A stretch of 64,000 nucleotides of DNA, taken from IMG/VR virus record IMGVR_UViG_3300005673_000094, positions 1-64,000 of that record; one strand, 5' to 3'. This DNA is from a virus. The position numbers and the translations under genes are program-made. The notes beneath the pieces were generated by a model. The model saw only the letters and a list, made by a program, of their open reading frames with translations, did no database searches and was not told the origin of the DNA. How positions within the stretch are numbered: the first letter of the stretch is position 1; each line of letters starts with the position of its first letter. Positions 54,539 to 63,846 of this stretch are shown here, one piece after another.

Positions 54539-56818
54539 TCAGTACGGCCTCCGGTCTTTCGGCGGCACGTAGCCGGGAGCCTGAGTCGGGTCTCCTCCGT
54601 AGGGGAGGTTGACGGCTCCGCGAGCCTGAGCGGCCGCGATGCGCGCCTCGGGGCTCCACCCGGAGCGCTCACCGGTCGCCTGAGGCTGACCCTGGCCCAT
54701 GTGGTCGTAGTTCGCGTCGGCCTTGGCGAAGGTCTGCGCCTGGCCGGCGGAGACGCGTCCCTGAGTCGGCCCGCCAAACACGGCGTCATAGGCTCGCTCG
54801 CCGAGTCCGCGGCCGTCCTTCATCAGGCCGGTGCCGGCGCCGATCCCGGTGACGATCGCGGTCGGGTCGAGCGAGCGCAGAGCGCCGCGCGCGGCCCCGC
54901 GGACAGCGTTGCTGTCCTCCTTCGCGCCCTGATAGGCGCCCCATACCGCCATGGCTGGCGCAGCCGCCTTGCCGGCCACCTTGAGGGCAGCACCAGCCGC
55001 TTTAGCGCCGGCCCCGAGAAGTCCTGTCGCGCCGACAAATCCTTCGGCGGCATTCGTCCCCAGGACGCGACCCAACCCTGGATTGCGAGGCACCCACGCG
55101 TCATGAGCGCGCTGGGCCACGCCGAGCAATCCGTCTCCCGCTTTTGACAGCGCGTTGCCGATCGGCTTGGCGCCGAGCATCAGCGCGCCCGGAGTTGCCG
55201 CGAGAGCGCCCGCGCCCATCGCCTCGCCGGTGGACTTGCCTTCCTGCTTCGCCTTGTTGAACGCCTGCGCTGCGGCGACGCCCGTTCCGACGACGGCGAG
55301 CCCGGTGTTGACCTGTCCCCATGACGGCAGGCGCGATCCGCTCGACTGAGCGGGCGGGGCCGGAGGAGCAGGGGGCTTCATCCCCATGGCGGAGTCGTTG
55401 GTGACGCCCTTCGGCGGATACGTCGGCATCTGCGATGCGACCATCGCTCCGCCCAGTCCGTGGCTCTTCACCAGAGCGAGCTTCTGCTGCTCGGTGAGTG
55501 TGCCGGGCGGCTGGCCCGGGCCGGGGCGGACCACGTCTTTGAGTGTGGGCGGTGTCGCTCCGATCTTGTTCCAATGCTCTCGTGGTCCTGGTGGAGTCGC
55601 GGGAGGCTTCGGAGCGTTCCGACGCGCGGCATCACTCGCCGCCTGCGCAGCGTTCACCTTGTCGATGAAGGATGAACCCGTGCTGGCGTGGTCGGCGGAT
55701 GGGTTGCGGGCTAGGCCTTTGTTTAAGCTCCCTTGGTAGCCCCACTTCATGGACTCGGATTTTGAGAGCATTCGCTTGATTGACATGCTTTTCGGCGGTT
55801 CACGTCCGCCATGAGCCGCTTTGTAGGCGTCGACCGCTGCCTGCCGCTTCGCCGAAGATGCCTTTGCAGGCTTTGCCTGGGATGTGGACTTCACCTTCGC
55901 GAAATCCGCGCCAAACGTCTGCTTCTGGTTCCCATAGACGCTGCCATCGACCTCGGAGCGGAAGATCACGCCGCCCTTCTTGATGGTCTGCATCTCGCCC
56001 CAGGGCGCCTTGATCTGGACGTCCTCCTTGACGCGCACCGCGCGCCCGGTGCTGCGCGACCGGTATTCGCCCGGCTTGGAGGGGTCCCTCTCGTAGAGCT
56101 TGTCCCACTTCTCCGAGGAGACGACGTAACTGTCGCCTGGCGAGCGCGTAACGATGCGGTCTCCCGCCTTCGCGGTCCGCTTCGTCTCGACGAACGACCC
56201 ACCCTTGCCGTCCGGTTGGCGCGTGACGATCTCCTCGCCGCCCTTCGCAACGGCGACCTGAGACTCGCTCAACCGCGCCGTCTTGCGATAGAGCGGGGCC
56301 TTTGAGAAATCGAAGTCGTTTGGCGTGACCACGCGCGGTGCCGCCGCATTGCCTCCGAACGGCCGCTCCCCTCGCGCCACCCGCGCGAACCTCTCCGCCG
56401 CCCGGCGCTTCGGACCGCCATCGGACCCTCCTGCCTCGGTGCGGTTCGCAGCGCGGGCCGCCATGCCCGACGCGACCGCGGCCCGCTTCTGACCGGTCGG
56501 CGCATCGGACGCCACCTTCGGACCGTTGTTCGCCGAGAGCGCTTCGAGCAACTGCCCGCCGGAGAACGAGCGCGCCGTGCTGGCGATGGTCTTCTTGGCC
56601 CGCATGTCGGCTGCCCTCTTGTAGATCTGACGCTCGACGATGCGTGTCGCCTCAGCCTCAGTCTTGCCGGGCTGAGGCTTATTGGCCTTGTTCCAGGCGG
56701 CGACGGCGGTCGGGCCCTTGGCCTTCACATCGCGCGGCGCGGTCCGCACGTTCGACGCCGGCCTCGCCTCGCGGATTACCGCGTTGCCCACCTCGTCGTA
56801 GCGTGTGGACTTCGCCAT
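54539..56818 (-). CDS. Putative internal virion protein with PGDYG-like domain and shared C-terminal motif
   Basis: YRK..GD.IVT..GDSYVV..KLYE / APWG..GG..Y; ends SGWSPEARIAAAQARGAVNLPYGGDPTQAPGYVPP. Confidence 0.7.
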   Translation of the reverse strand: MAKSTRYDEVGNAVIREARPASNVRTAPRDVKAKGPTAVAAWNKANKPQPGKTEAEATRIVERQIYKRAADMRAKKTIASTARSFSGGQLLEALSANNGPKVASDAPTGQKRAAVASGMAARAANRTEAGGSDGGPKRRAAERFARVARGERPFGGNAAAPRVVTPNDFDFSKAPLYRKTARLSESQVAVAKGGEEIVTRQPDGKGGSFVETKRTAKAGDRIVTRSPGDSYVVSSEKWDKLYERDPSKPGEYRSRSTGRAVRVKEDVQIKAPWGEMQTIKKGGVIFRSEVDGSVYGNQKQTFGADFAKVKSTSQAKPAKASSAKRQAAVDAYKAAHGGREPPKSMSIKRMLSKSESMKWGYQGSLNKGLARNPSADHASTGSSFIDKVNAAQAASDAARRNAPKPPATPPGPREHWNKIGATPPTLKDVVRPGPGQPPGTLTEQQKLALVKSHGLGGAMVASQMPTYPPKGVTNDSAMGMKPPAPPAPPAQSSGSRLPSWGQVNTGLAVVGTGVAAAQAFNKAKQEGKSTGEAMGAGALAATPGALMLGAKPIGNALSKAGDGLLGVAQRAHDAWVPRNPGLGRVLGTNAAEGFVGATGLLGAGAKAAGAALKVAGKAAAPAMAVWGAYQGAKEDSNAVRGAARGALRSLDPTAIVTGIGAGTGLMKDGRGLGERAYDAVFGGPTQGRVSAGQAQTFAKADANYDHMGQGQPQATGERSGWSPEARIAAAQARGAVNLPYGGDPTQAPGYVPPKDRRPY

Positions 56819-57177
56819 CAGCGTAGGTTCTCCAGCTTGTAGACCGTGCGGTGGTAGAGCGCGGCGAGTTCGTCGATCAGGTTCTCGACTGCGTCACACC
56901 CGCGACTGACCTGCTTCTTGTTGGCCTCGATCCACTCCGCCTCTGCGGAGAGGTGCTTGGCGATGTCGCTGACCTTCCACGGCAGCGCTGGCACGGCGAA
57001 CGGGTCGATCAGTCCGAACTTGCCCTGGTAGACCTCGACGATCTCGTCGATCGCCTCAATGAGATCCTCGTAGAACGAGCCCAGCGCCATGTGCGTCGCG
57101 TAGCTCTTGGTCGCGAAGTGCGCCAAGTGCGCCGCGCTGCGGGTCGCGAAGACTCGTCCGACGAGGCCCTCGATCAT
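56818..57177 (-). CDS. DUF5856 ferritin/Dps-like four-helix protein
   Basis: AHLAH..T.SYA.H.AL..FYE.L..D.IVE.YQG..ENLIDE..YKL. Confidence 0.8.
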   Translation of the reverse strand: MIEGLVGRVFATRSAAHLAHFATKSYATHMALGSFYEDLIEAIDEIVEVYQGKFGLIDPFAVPALPWKVSDIAKHLSAEAEWIEANKKQVSRGCDAVENLIDELAALYHRTVYKLENLR

Positions 57178-57686
57178 CACTTCTTGGCCTTCCCGCCCTT
57201 CTTCGCGGCCGGCGCGGGCGCCGCCTTGGTTGCGGGTGCTGGCGCTTGGGCCTTGTTCTCCATCGGGGGCTTGTGCACATCGCTCTCCTGTTCGGCTGAG
57301 GCTTCTTCGGCTTCGGGCTGCGCGCCGTGCGCGCGCTCCACCGCTTCCATCACGTCCTGCTCGGACATCGGATCGGCGAGTCCCTTCTCCACCGCGAACG
57401 CGGCGAGCTTCTCGTCGGCGAAGCACACGATCGAGCCTTCTTCGACGACGACCGGCGCAGCGCGCGGCTCCTCGGGATCCTTGATCGTCGGCTCGCTCGG
57501 GATGTGCGCGTTGAGGAAGTAGGTGGCGTCATCCTCGCGCGAGAACCCGATCACGAGTCCAGGCTCAACGACGAGCGATTGGTGATCGACGGACCACACG
57601 GCCTTGACCAGCGCGCGGATCAGGAACGTGGTGCCGAAACTCGGCCAGTGTCCCGGCGCCTTGGCGCGCACGAAGTGATACGGCAT
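57177..57686 (-). CDS. Hypothetical protein
   Basis: Downstream of capsid; acidic/Ala-Lys-rich tail. Confidence 0.55.
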   Translation of the reverse strand: MPYHFVRAKAPGHWPSFGTTFLIRALVKAVWSVDHQSLVVEPGLVIGFSREDDATYFLNAHIPSEPTIKDPEEPRAAPVVVEEGSIVCFADEKLAAFAVEKGLADPMSEQDVMEAVERAHGAQPEAEEASAEQESDVHKPPMENKAQAPAPATKAAPAPAAKKGGKAKK

Positions 57687-57752
57687 GCAAAGCCCCCTCA
57701 CTGGAAGATCGGGTCGAGGCCGCAGCAGAGCGCCGCGGCCTCGCTCACATCA

Positions 57753-58229
57753 TCAGGTCTCGATGCTCGACTGCCAGACCGGCTTGTGCATCGGGTGGCC
57801 CTGGAGGGTGATGATTTCGATCGGCGTGCCCGACGAGTGCGTGCCGCCGAACTCCAGGCGCAGGCGGCAGTACCGCTTCTTGCCTCGGTAGCCGACGAGG
57901 TTGTAGACGGTGTCGGCAGCGGCCTTGGCGGCCGTGTACGACTTCACGATGCCACTGCCGGCCGTGCCGTAGGTGAGCCCGTAGGGCAGGATCAGGTCAT
58001 CGGCGACGACCTCGTTCCAGGCCGAGTTGTCATCCGACTCCTGGATGACGATGTCGAGGCGGTTGGTCGAGGTGAAGGTGATGCCGCCGATGCCGACGTA
58101 CCAGCCGAGGGTCACGGACTTGTAGAGTTGCGTGTCGACAGCCGGGCCGTTGGCGTCCGCGTCGAGGGTGGCGAGCACCGTGCCCACGGGCATGCGGATG
58201 TTGCTCACCAGATCGTAGTCTGCGCTCAT
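57753..58229 (-). CDS. Head decoration/minor capsid protein
   Basis: Follows capsid; QESDD..W..V; GY.G.KRY.RL. Confidence 0.65.
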   Translation of the reverse strand: MSADYDLVSNIRMPVGTVLATLDADANGPAVDTQLYKSVTLGWYVGIGGITFTSTNRLDIVIQESDDNSAWNEVVADDLILPYGLTYGTAGSGIVKSYTAAKAAADTVYNLVGYRGKKRYCRLRLEFGGTHSSGTPIEIITLQGHPMHKPVWQSSIET

Positions 58230-58271
58230 TTCGAGTCACTCCGAAGGATGGGGTTCGTGCGTGCGGCTGCG

Positions 58272-58289
58272 GCGGGCCCGAAGGCCCGC
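58272..58289 (-). terminator. UUCG stem-loop after the major capsid gene
   Basis: GCGGGCC TTCG GGCCCGC on the minus strand. Confidence 0.45.
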
Positions 58290-58306
58290 TCGCCGTCACG
58301 TCAGGA

Positions 58307-59587
58307 TCAGGCCTTGATCCGCATGATCTTGAAGGCTTCCGGCATGATCACGCGACCGGTGAGGTATCGCCGGAAGGTCCACTCGGTGATCGCCTGGCGC
58401 TTCTTCGTCAGGTCGTCGCGGATGACCGAGATACCCATGAGGTCGAAAATCTCGTAGCCGCGGCGCATGTCGCCGAAGATGATCGGCTTGGCGCCGGCGC
58501 CCGTCTGCGCGTCGGCCATGTTGATCATGTCCGACGAATACGGGAAGCCCCAGATCGTGGCCGGAGTCTCGCCCGCGACCGGAGACCAGATCGGCACGCC
58601 GATCGACGACTTGATCTGCCACATCTTCGCGAGCGTGCGCCGGTTGAAGAACCACATTGGCATCTGGCCGCGCTTGAGCTTGCCGGCGATATTGGCCATG
58701 TCGAGGAAGTCGACCTCGCCGGTGGTGGCGGTGTCCACGACCTCGATACGGGTATCGCTGATGATGCCCTGCGGCCCCTTCACGCCGAGGCCGGTGAGGA
58801 AGTTCTGGCCCTCGTTGAGGCCGAACGACTCGCCGACGTCGCTGGCGATCTCGCGCTCCAGATCGAAGGCAGACGAGATCATCATGTCGAGCGTGGCCGG
58901 CACGGTGACCGACTGGCGGTAGAGCGTGACCTGCTCGCTGCCGTAGGTCGACTCGGACGTGTCGTCCTGCTCCGCCTCACCCTCAAACGAGGCGACGAGG
59001 AGCGCGAGACGACGCGGCACGTCCATGGTCTTGGACGGCGCCACGCGGTTGCGGGCGTACAGCCGGACCGGGCTGATCTCGGTGATGTTCTTGCGGATCT
59101 CGTTGTCCATGATCTGCGGGATCAGGTACGCGCCCTGCGTCTCCGAGTCGGTGCGCAGCGTCTTGAGATCTAGGTCCGTGTTCATGTGCTTCTTCGGATG
59201 GTAGGCAAGCCACCCGAAGAAATTCTTGTACTCGTCGGACGAGCGAGCGATCTGCGGATCGTCGCCGGTCTTGCCCTTGTTCTGGATCAGCAGTTCGAGC
59301 TGCTCCACCCGCTGCTTATAGCCGGTCGAGTCCTTCTTGAAGTCGGCGAGTTCGGTCTCGGCCTTGGCGACCGCGGCCTTGAGTTCGGCCTCGACGCGCT
59401 CCTTCTCAGCCCACTTCTTGGTGACGCTGTCGGCGAAGTCCTGGTACTTGCCCATGAAGTCGAGGACGTTCTTCTTGGTGTCCTCGGGCAAGATGCCCTT
59501 CTTGACGCCGTCGATGTCGCTCTGGAGCGTGGCGAGGGCGTCCTTGACGTCCTTCGCCATCTTGGCGGGATCCGGGATGTCGTTCAT
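58307..59587 (-). CDS. Major capsid protein, HK97 family
   Basis: Coiled-coil delta domain; GAYLIP; FLTG.G.KGPQGI; IFGDMRRGY. Confidence 0.95.
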   Translation of the reverse strand: MNDIPDPAKMAKDVKDALATLQSDIDGVKKGILPEDTKKNVLDFMGKYQDFADSVTKKWAEKERVEAELKAAVAKAETELADFKKDSTGYKQRVEQLELLIQNKGKTGDDPQIARSSDEYKNFFGWLAYHPKKHMNTDLDLKTLRTDSETQGAYLIPQIMDNEIRKNITEISPVRLYARNRVAPSKTMDVPRRLALLVASFEGEAEQDDTSESTYGSEQVTLYRQSVTVPATLDMMISSAFDLEREIASDVGESFGLNEGQNFLTGLGVKGPQGIISDTRIEVVDTATTGEVDFLDMANIAGKLKRGQMPMWFFNRRTLAKMWQIKSSIGVPIWSPVAGETPATIWGFPYSSDMINMADAQTGAGAKPIIFGDMRRGYEIFDLMGISVIRDDLTKKRQAITEWTFRRYLTGRVIMPEAFKIMRIKA

Positions 59588-59606
59588 TGCTCTCTCGGGG
59601 ATGTTG

Positions 59607-60656
59607 TCAGCCGGACTTGCGCGCGACAACGGAGGACAGTGCCTCGCTGATGGCGCTGAGGAGCTTCACTGCATCCTCGGGGGCCGCAGCATCCCGCTGC
59701 GGATGATCTCGGCCAGCATCCCGCTGGCCTGCTGTCGACAGTCGTGTGGCGAGCTTCCTGCTGAGACCGATCCCGCGCAGACGAGCTTCCCGCTCGCCCA
59801 GATCGAGGGCATCGAACTCCTCAACGGAAAGAGACTTGCGAGGGCTCTCCATCGAGAGCGAGGCGTAATACCTGTCGAGGTGATCCTGTACGACCTCGAC
59901 CGCCTGCTCTGAGAGATCAACTCCGCCCCGAGCGCCACACAGCGCCGCTGACGCCTTGAACAAAGCCACAGGATTCGCGACGAGTCGAGAGGTTTTCTCA
60001 TCCACGTCGGCGATCAGCAGGCGCGGGTCCCACTGATCGATGCCCTTCTCGTCATCGGCGAACAGGAACGCCTGACGGACCTCGGCGCTGCCGGCGAAGT
60101 GCTTCTTCACGCGCTCCAGCGCGGCCGCCGCGTCCCACGACTTCGCCTCGCGCGCGATCGGGAGATCAGCGAACGGCACGACGCCCTTCACCGTCTCGAC
60201 CGCAGCGAGCGGATTCATCGGCATGTTGACGATGCTGATCTCGTAGAGCCGGATCTGCTTCAGCAGCCGCGCGCCGTCCTCCTTGCGCCGGTCCTTCTCG
60301 GTGGCCTTGTAGCCGATCGAGGTGCCGCGCAGGCCGCGCCGCTTCAACTGCGGCACGATGCGGCCGGCGACGAACGAGTCGTCCTTGGGGAGCTCGGCCT
60401 TGAACCACAGGCCGCGCTTGTCCTCCTTGGCATCGAGGATGGTGCCGATCGGCGCATCCTCCATCTTGTGATTGAACAGCAGGAGCGGCATGCCGTGCTC
60501 GCGCAGCGACTTCGCGAATGCGCCAGGCACGACGACGTCGTTGCCGAGGTCGGTGTTGTTGAAGATCGAGCCGTAGCCCGTGATGGTCCAGCAGTCCTCG
60601 CTCTCCGCGAGCGCCTTCTCCTCGAAGTCCACGAGAGCGCCGTAGTCGCGCAGCAT
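59607..60656 (-). CDS. HK97-family prohead protease with C-terminal extension
   Basis: GYGSIF..D..ND.V.PGAF; LLFNH..PIG; GTSIGY; LYEISIV..P.NP. Confidence 0.95.
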   Translation of the reverse strand: MLRDYGALVDFEEKALAESEDCWTITGYGSIFNNTDLGNDVVVPGAFAKSLREHGMPLLLFNHKMEDAPIGTILDAKEDKRGLWFKAELPKDDSFVAGRIVPQLKRRGLRGTSIGYKATEKDRRKEDGARLLKQIRLYEISIVNMPMNPLAAVETVKGVVPFADLPIAREAKSWDAAAALERVKKHFAGSAEVRQAFLFADDEKGIDQWDPRLLIADVDEKTSRLVANPVALFKASAALCGARGGVDLSEQAVEVVQDHLDRYYASLSMESPRKSLSVEEFDALDLGEREARLRGIGLSRKLATRLSTAGQRDAGRDHPQRDAAAPEDAVKLLSAISEALSSVVARKSG

Positions 60657-60783
60657 GGCAGGTGTTCCTTTCAGTCTCGAATGCGCTCCGCCGGGCGCGG
60701 GTTGTCCCTCGCGAGAGGGGGATCTGACGCGAGAGACACGGGGCGGGCCGCGGGCGGATGCGCGACCTCTGTACGCAATCGGG

Positions 60784-62769
60784 TTACGGGGAGACGCGAC
60801 GCAGGTGCTCGGCGGAGTGCGTCACCGAGCGTCGAATGAGTTCCTCGATGCCAAGCGGCTCGCGCCCGGCGGCGATCTGGACTCGGCGCACGACGCCGGT
60901 CCGGGTGTTGACCTCAGCGCGCGCCACCACGTCACGGCCGATGCTGACCACCAACGTGCCCGGCGTCTCCTGACGCATGCGGGCAATGGTGCGGCCGTCC
61001 CCGAGAACGACTCGGGCGTCCGTGGTGCCGTTGAGCGTGACCGCCTCGGTGGCGCGGATCGGCGTTGGGTTTCCGGGCTTGTCGCCGGCGCGCCACGTCC
61101 GTCGGGCAGGGAGGTGCGGTGTGTTGATCTGGAGCTCGACCCGGCGTCCGTCATTGCCGATGGCCACGTAGTGCGCGCCGCACCTACAATTGTGGGCAAG
61201 CAGCCCGTTGGCGTAGTACCAGCCCTGGTCCGTCTCTATGTTGTAGACATGACCAACGAACCGGCGCCTCTCGACGAGCGCAACATCGTCGAACGATACA
61301 CGGCTGGCGAGTCCGAGAAGGCGCTCGCCATCGCCCTCAAGACCACCCGCGAGCGCGTTCGGCGCATACTGCTGAAGAACGGGGTCGAGCGCCGGGGGCG
61401 CAGCGCGGCGATGTACAATCGCATGTCCCGATCCGACACCGACACCCGCAAGGCACTCGCCCGGAAAGCCAACGAAGCCAGGCGCGGCCAGAAGGCGAGC
61501 CACATCGAGAAGTCCCGAAAGGCCGCCTGGAAGGAAGCGACCAAGATCAAGACGGGAGCGGTCGAAGAAACGCTGGTGTCCATGCTGGAGCATTCTGGCG
61601 TGACGACCAAGCCGCAGGCTGCTGTCGGCCCGTACAACATCGACATCATGTGTGGGCCGGTCGCCGTGGAAGTCCACAGCGGAACGCACTTCCCGCACAG
61701 TCACGAAGCGACCCGAGAGCGCATTGAATACCTGTTCGATGAAGGGCTCAACGTCATCTACGTGATGTGCGTCGTGCAGCGGAAGAACAAAACGCCGCGG
61801 CGCGTCATGCGCCTGCCCAACGGAGCCGCAATGGCCGACCTTGTCGCCTTCATTGAGCGATCCAAGGCCGACCCAGCCTTTCGACGTCAGTATCGGGTGG
61901 TTCGGAGTTCCGGCGAGCTTGTGGCCGAGGCGGGTGGTGATCTCGATCAGATCGCCCGAGTACCAGTGCCGCGTCGCCGCCCTGACGAACCCTGACACTC
62001 GCGTGTCGCCGGGGAAGCAGTTGATCAAGTTCCCCAGCGAAGCGCCGAGCGTCGAGTCGCCTGGGAACATGAGCCGCTCGCCGGAGACCACGAACGGCTG
62101 CGAGACCAGCACCTCCTGATCCTGCGCCGCGACGTGGTCGAAGGCTGACTTCGGGGGATGCCGGACGCGGTCGTCCTTCATCGTCTCCCAGCGCTTGTAG
62201 ATGCGGGCGTTGGCGTGCTTCTGCTTCACCCACCGGAAGATGGCGCCCTCGACTGCCTCTTGGGTCTCGTTGTTGACGATCGCCCGCATGCGCGCCTTGA
62301 CCTTGCGCCACGCCGTCTGCGCCGTCTCTTTGAGCTTGCCCGTCATCCACACCGACCACGGCTGCTTGTCGCTGGCCTTGGTCTCGTAGTGGGCCGCCAC
62401 CGCCTTCTGTGTGAGCCCGACCTGCTCGGAGGCGCGGGCAAGCTCGCGGTCGATCGACTGCATGTACCGCAGCGACTGCCGGTGCGCCCGGGCGGCGAGG
62501 CTCTCGCGGTGCTGAGCGTCGAGCGCGGCGTCGTCGAGCCGGGCGTCGCGCGGCGGGCGGATGCCGCGCACCACGTAGCAGCAGCGCGCGTAGTGCCGCA
62601 TGAGCACCTGCTCGATGGACGTGCGCGCGCTCACCGTCTCCCAGAACGGGACGCGCGACTCCGATCGCACCCACAGCGCGATGTAGGCGGCAAGCGCTTG
62701 GCCGAGCGGGCGAACGAGTTCCTGCTCCAGGGCCAGCTTTGCCTTCAAAACGTCCGAATCGGCCGCCAT
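60784..62769 (-). CDS. Head morphogenesis protein (MuF/SPP1 gp7) containing an intein
   Basis: KRW.T..D.RVR..H..Q..F.V.G..L.FPGD..LIN|intein|CRC. Confidence 0.9.
   Translation of the reverse strand: MAADSDVLKAKLALEQELVRPLGQALAAYIALWVRSESRVPFWETVSARTSIEQVLMRHYARCCYVVRGIRPPRDARLDDAALDAQHRESLAARAHRQSLRYMQSIDRELARASEQVGLTQKAVAAHYETKASDKQPWSVWMTGKLKETAQTAWRKVKARMRAIVNNETQEAVEGAIFRWVKQKHANARIYKRWETMKDDRVRHPPKSAFDHVAAQDQEVLVSQPFVVSGERLMFPGDSTLGASLGNLINCFPGDTRVSGFVRAATRHWYSGDLIEITTRLGHKLAGTPNHPILTSKGWVGLGSLNEGDKVGHCGSVGQAHDAPRRFVLPLHDAHHVDDVEPFIEQVFNALSGRFVTVREVRSAVDFHGDRPTHDVDVVRADSSLRLGRHARMLQHGHQRFFDRSRLDLGRFLPGGLSGLLDVARLLAAPGFVGFPGECLAGVGVGSGHAIVHRRAAPPALDPVLQQYAPNALAGGLEGDGERLLGLASRVSFDDVALVERRRFVGHVYNIETDQGWYYANGLLAHNCRCGAHYVAIGNDGRRVELQINTPHLPARRTWRAGDKPGNPTPIRATEAVTLNGTTDARVVLGDGRTIARMRQETPGTLVVSIGRDVVARAEVNTRTGVVRRVQIAAGREPLGIEELIRRSVTHSAEHLRRVSP
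61189..62019 (-). mobile_element. Intein (277 aa) in MuF
   Basis: Block A CFPGDTRV; block B TPNHPIL; blocks F/G VYNIET..YYANGLLAHN followed by +1 Cys. Confidence 0.92.
61249..61995 (+). CDS. Antisense HTH + PD-(D/E)XK (Vsr/DUF559-like) endonuclease nested inside the intein
   Basis: IVERY.AGES..LA..RVRRIL..GV HTH; E..L..Q..VGPYNIDI..VAVEV..H..R..YL..G..V. Confidence 0.8.
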   Translation: MTNEPAPLDERNIVERYTAGESEKALAIALKTTRERVRRILLKNGVERRGRSAAMYNRMSRSDTDTRKALARKANEARRGQKASHIEKSRKAAWKEATKIKTGAVEETLVSMLEHSGVTTKPQAAVGPYNIDIMCGPVAVEVHSGTHFPHSHEATRERIEYLFDEGLNVIYVMCVVQRKNKTPRRVMRLPNGAAMADLVAFIERSKADPAFRRQYRVVRSSGELVAEAGGDLDQIARVPVPRRRPDEP

Positions 62770-62860
62770 CTTCGCTTTCGGTCTCGCGTCCAGTACTTGC
62801 GTTGCACATCTCCAGAGAGCCCGAGCACCGGTTTCGCGTCGGTTCGGGCTCTCCGCGTTT

Positions 62861-63283
62861 CTAGGACACGGTGACCGTGACGCTGCCGACCGCCCCCGTG
62901 GCGCTCACCCCCGTCACCACCGCCTCCGCATCTGCGTCGTTGATCGATTGTAGCGACCGGAACTTCCCCCGAGCCACCGCGACACTGGATCCATTCGACA
63001 GCGTGACCTCCAACTCGTGGATGTAGTCTCCGACGTCACGGAACAACCGCTTGGGCAGAGTCACGGTGATGACGTTGGCGGCGATCGCGATCTGGCCGTT
63101 TCCACTCGTGAGCGTGAGCACCGACGCCCCGAGCGTGCCGGGGCTCAGCACCGGAGCGAGCGACCACCGCGCGCTAGCGCTGGTCAGGTCGGCCGCTCGC
63201 CTGGTCGCGTGATCGAGCACGGTGAACGCCATCACCAGCGAGTCGCCGGCAATGTAGTCGAGGATGTTGACCGGCGTGGTCAT
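62861..63283 (-). CDS. Structural protein (BppU-like beta domain)
   Basis: GDS..F.V..DLT..ASAR; G.Y.HELEVT. Confidence 0.6.
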   Translation of the reverse strand: MTTPVNILDYIAGDSLVMAFTVLDHATRRAADLTSASARWSLAPVLSPGTLGASVLTLTSGNGQIAIAANVITVTLPKRLFRDVGDYIHELEVTLSNGSSVAVARGKFRSLQSINDADAEAVVTGVSATGAVGSVTVTVS

Positions 63284-63408
63284 CGGATGCAGACCCTGTG
63301 CGTGGCAATGGTCCTGAGCGACACGTCGTAGCGCCGCGGCGTCTCCAGGCTCACCGTCGCCTCGAAGGTCGTGGTCAGCGTGACGGTGAAGTACAGCGTG
63401 TCGGGCAT
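63280..63408 (-). CDS. Small hypothetical protein
   Basis: Coupled on both sides. Confidence 0.4.
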   Translation of the reverse strand: MPDTLYFTVTLTTTFEATVSLETPRRYDVSLRTIATHRVCIR

Positions 63409-63839
63409 CACTCGATCCGAACGATGGCGGTCGCCGGGTCGGCGGCCGGGAAGGTGACGGTGAAGTTGCCGCCGGCCGAGGACTTGTCGGCGCCAAAGTC
63501 GATCACCGCGACGGCGCGATTGCCTTGGCTGGAGTTGTAGATGAGTGCCCCTCGCGCTGTGATGGTCGATGTCGACCACGTCACGTCGGCGAAGTCGGTG
63601 AAGGCCGATGTGCCGGACGCCGCCGGGTCCACCCGGGTCAGTGTGGCGCCGCCGGTGGTGTAGCCGTTGCCGTTCGCGACCTCGTTGGTGGCCGAGTAGG
63701 CCGTCGTCGCAGCGCCGAGCGTGGCAACGTTGGTGTAGAGCGCGATCTTGAAGGTGTCGCCGCCCGAGAGAAGGAAGTTGTGCTTGGCCTCAAGCAACTC
63801 CTTCTTGAAACTCGTGCACATCGCGGATGTGATGGCCAT
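63408..63839 (-). CDS. Conserved virion structural protein
   Basis: MAITSAMCTSFK.ELL..HNF..FKIALYT..GYT.GG.TL..DF.D..W..ARGALIYN. Confidence 0.75.
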   Translation of the reverse strand: MAITSAMCTSFKKELLEAKHNFLLSGGDTFKIALYTNVATLGAATTAYSATNEVANGNGYTTGGATLTRVDPAASGTSAFTDFADVTWSTSTITARGALIYNSSQGNRAVAVIDFGADKSSAGGNFTVTFPAADPATAIVRIE

Positions 63840-63846
63840 GACGCTC

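Noticed and set aside
60784-61185. Toxin domain at the MuF C-terminus
   Set aside because: The ~130-aa extension has no catalytic motif I can recognise and no adjacent immunity-like gene.
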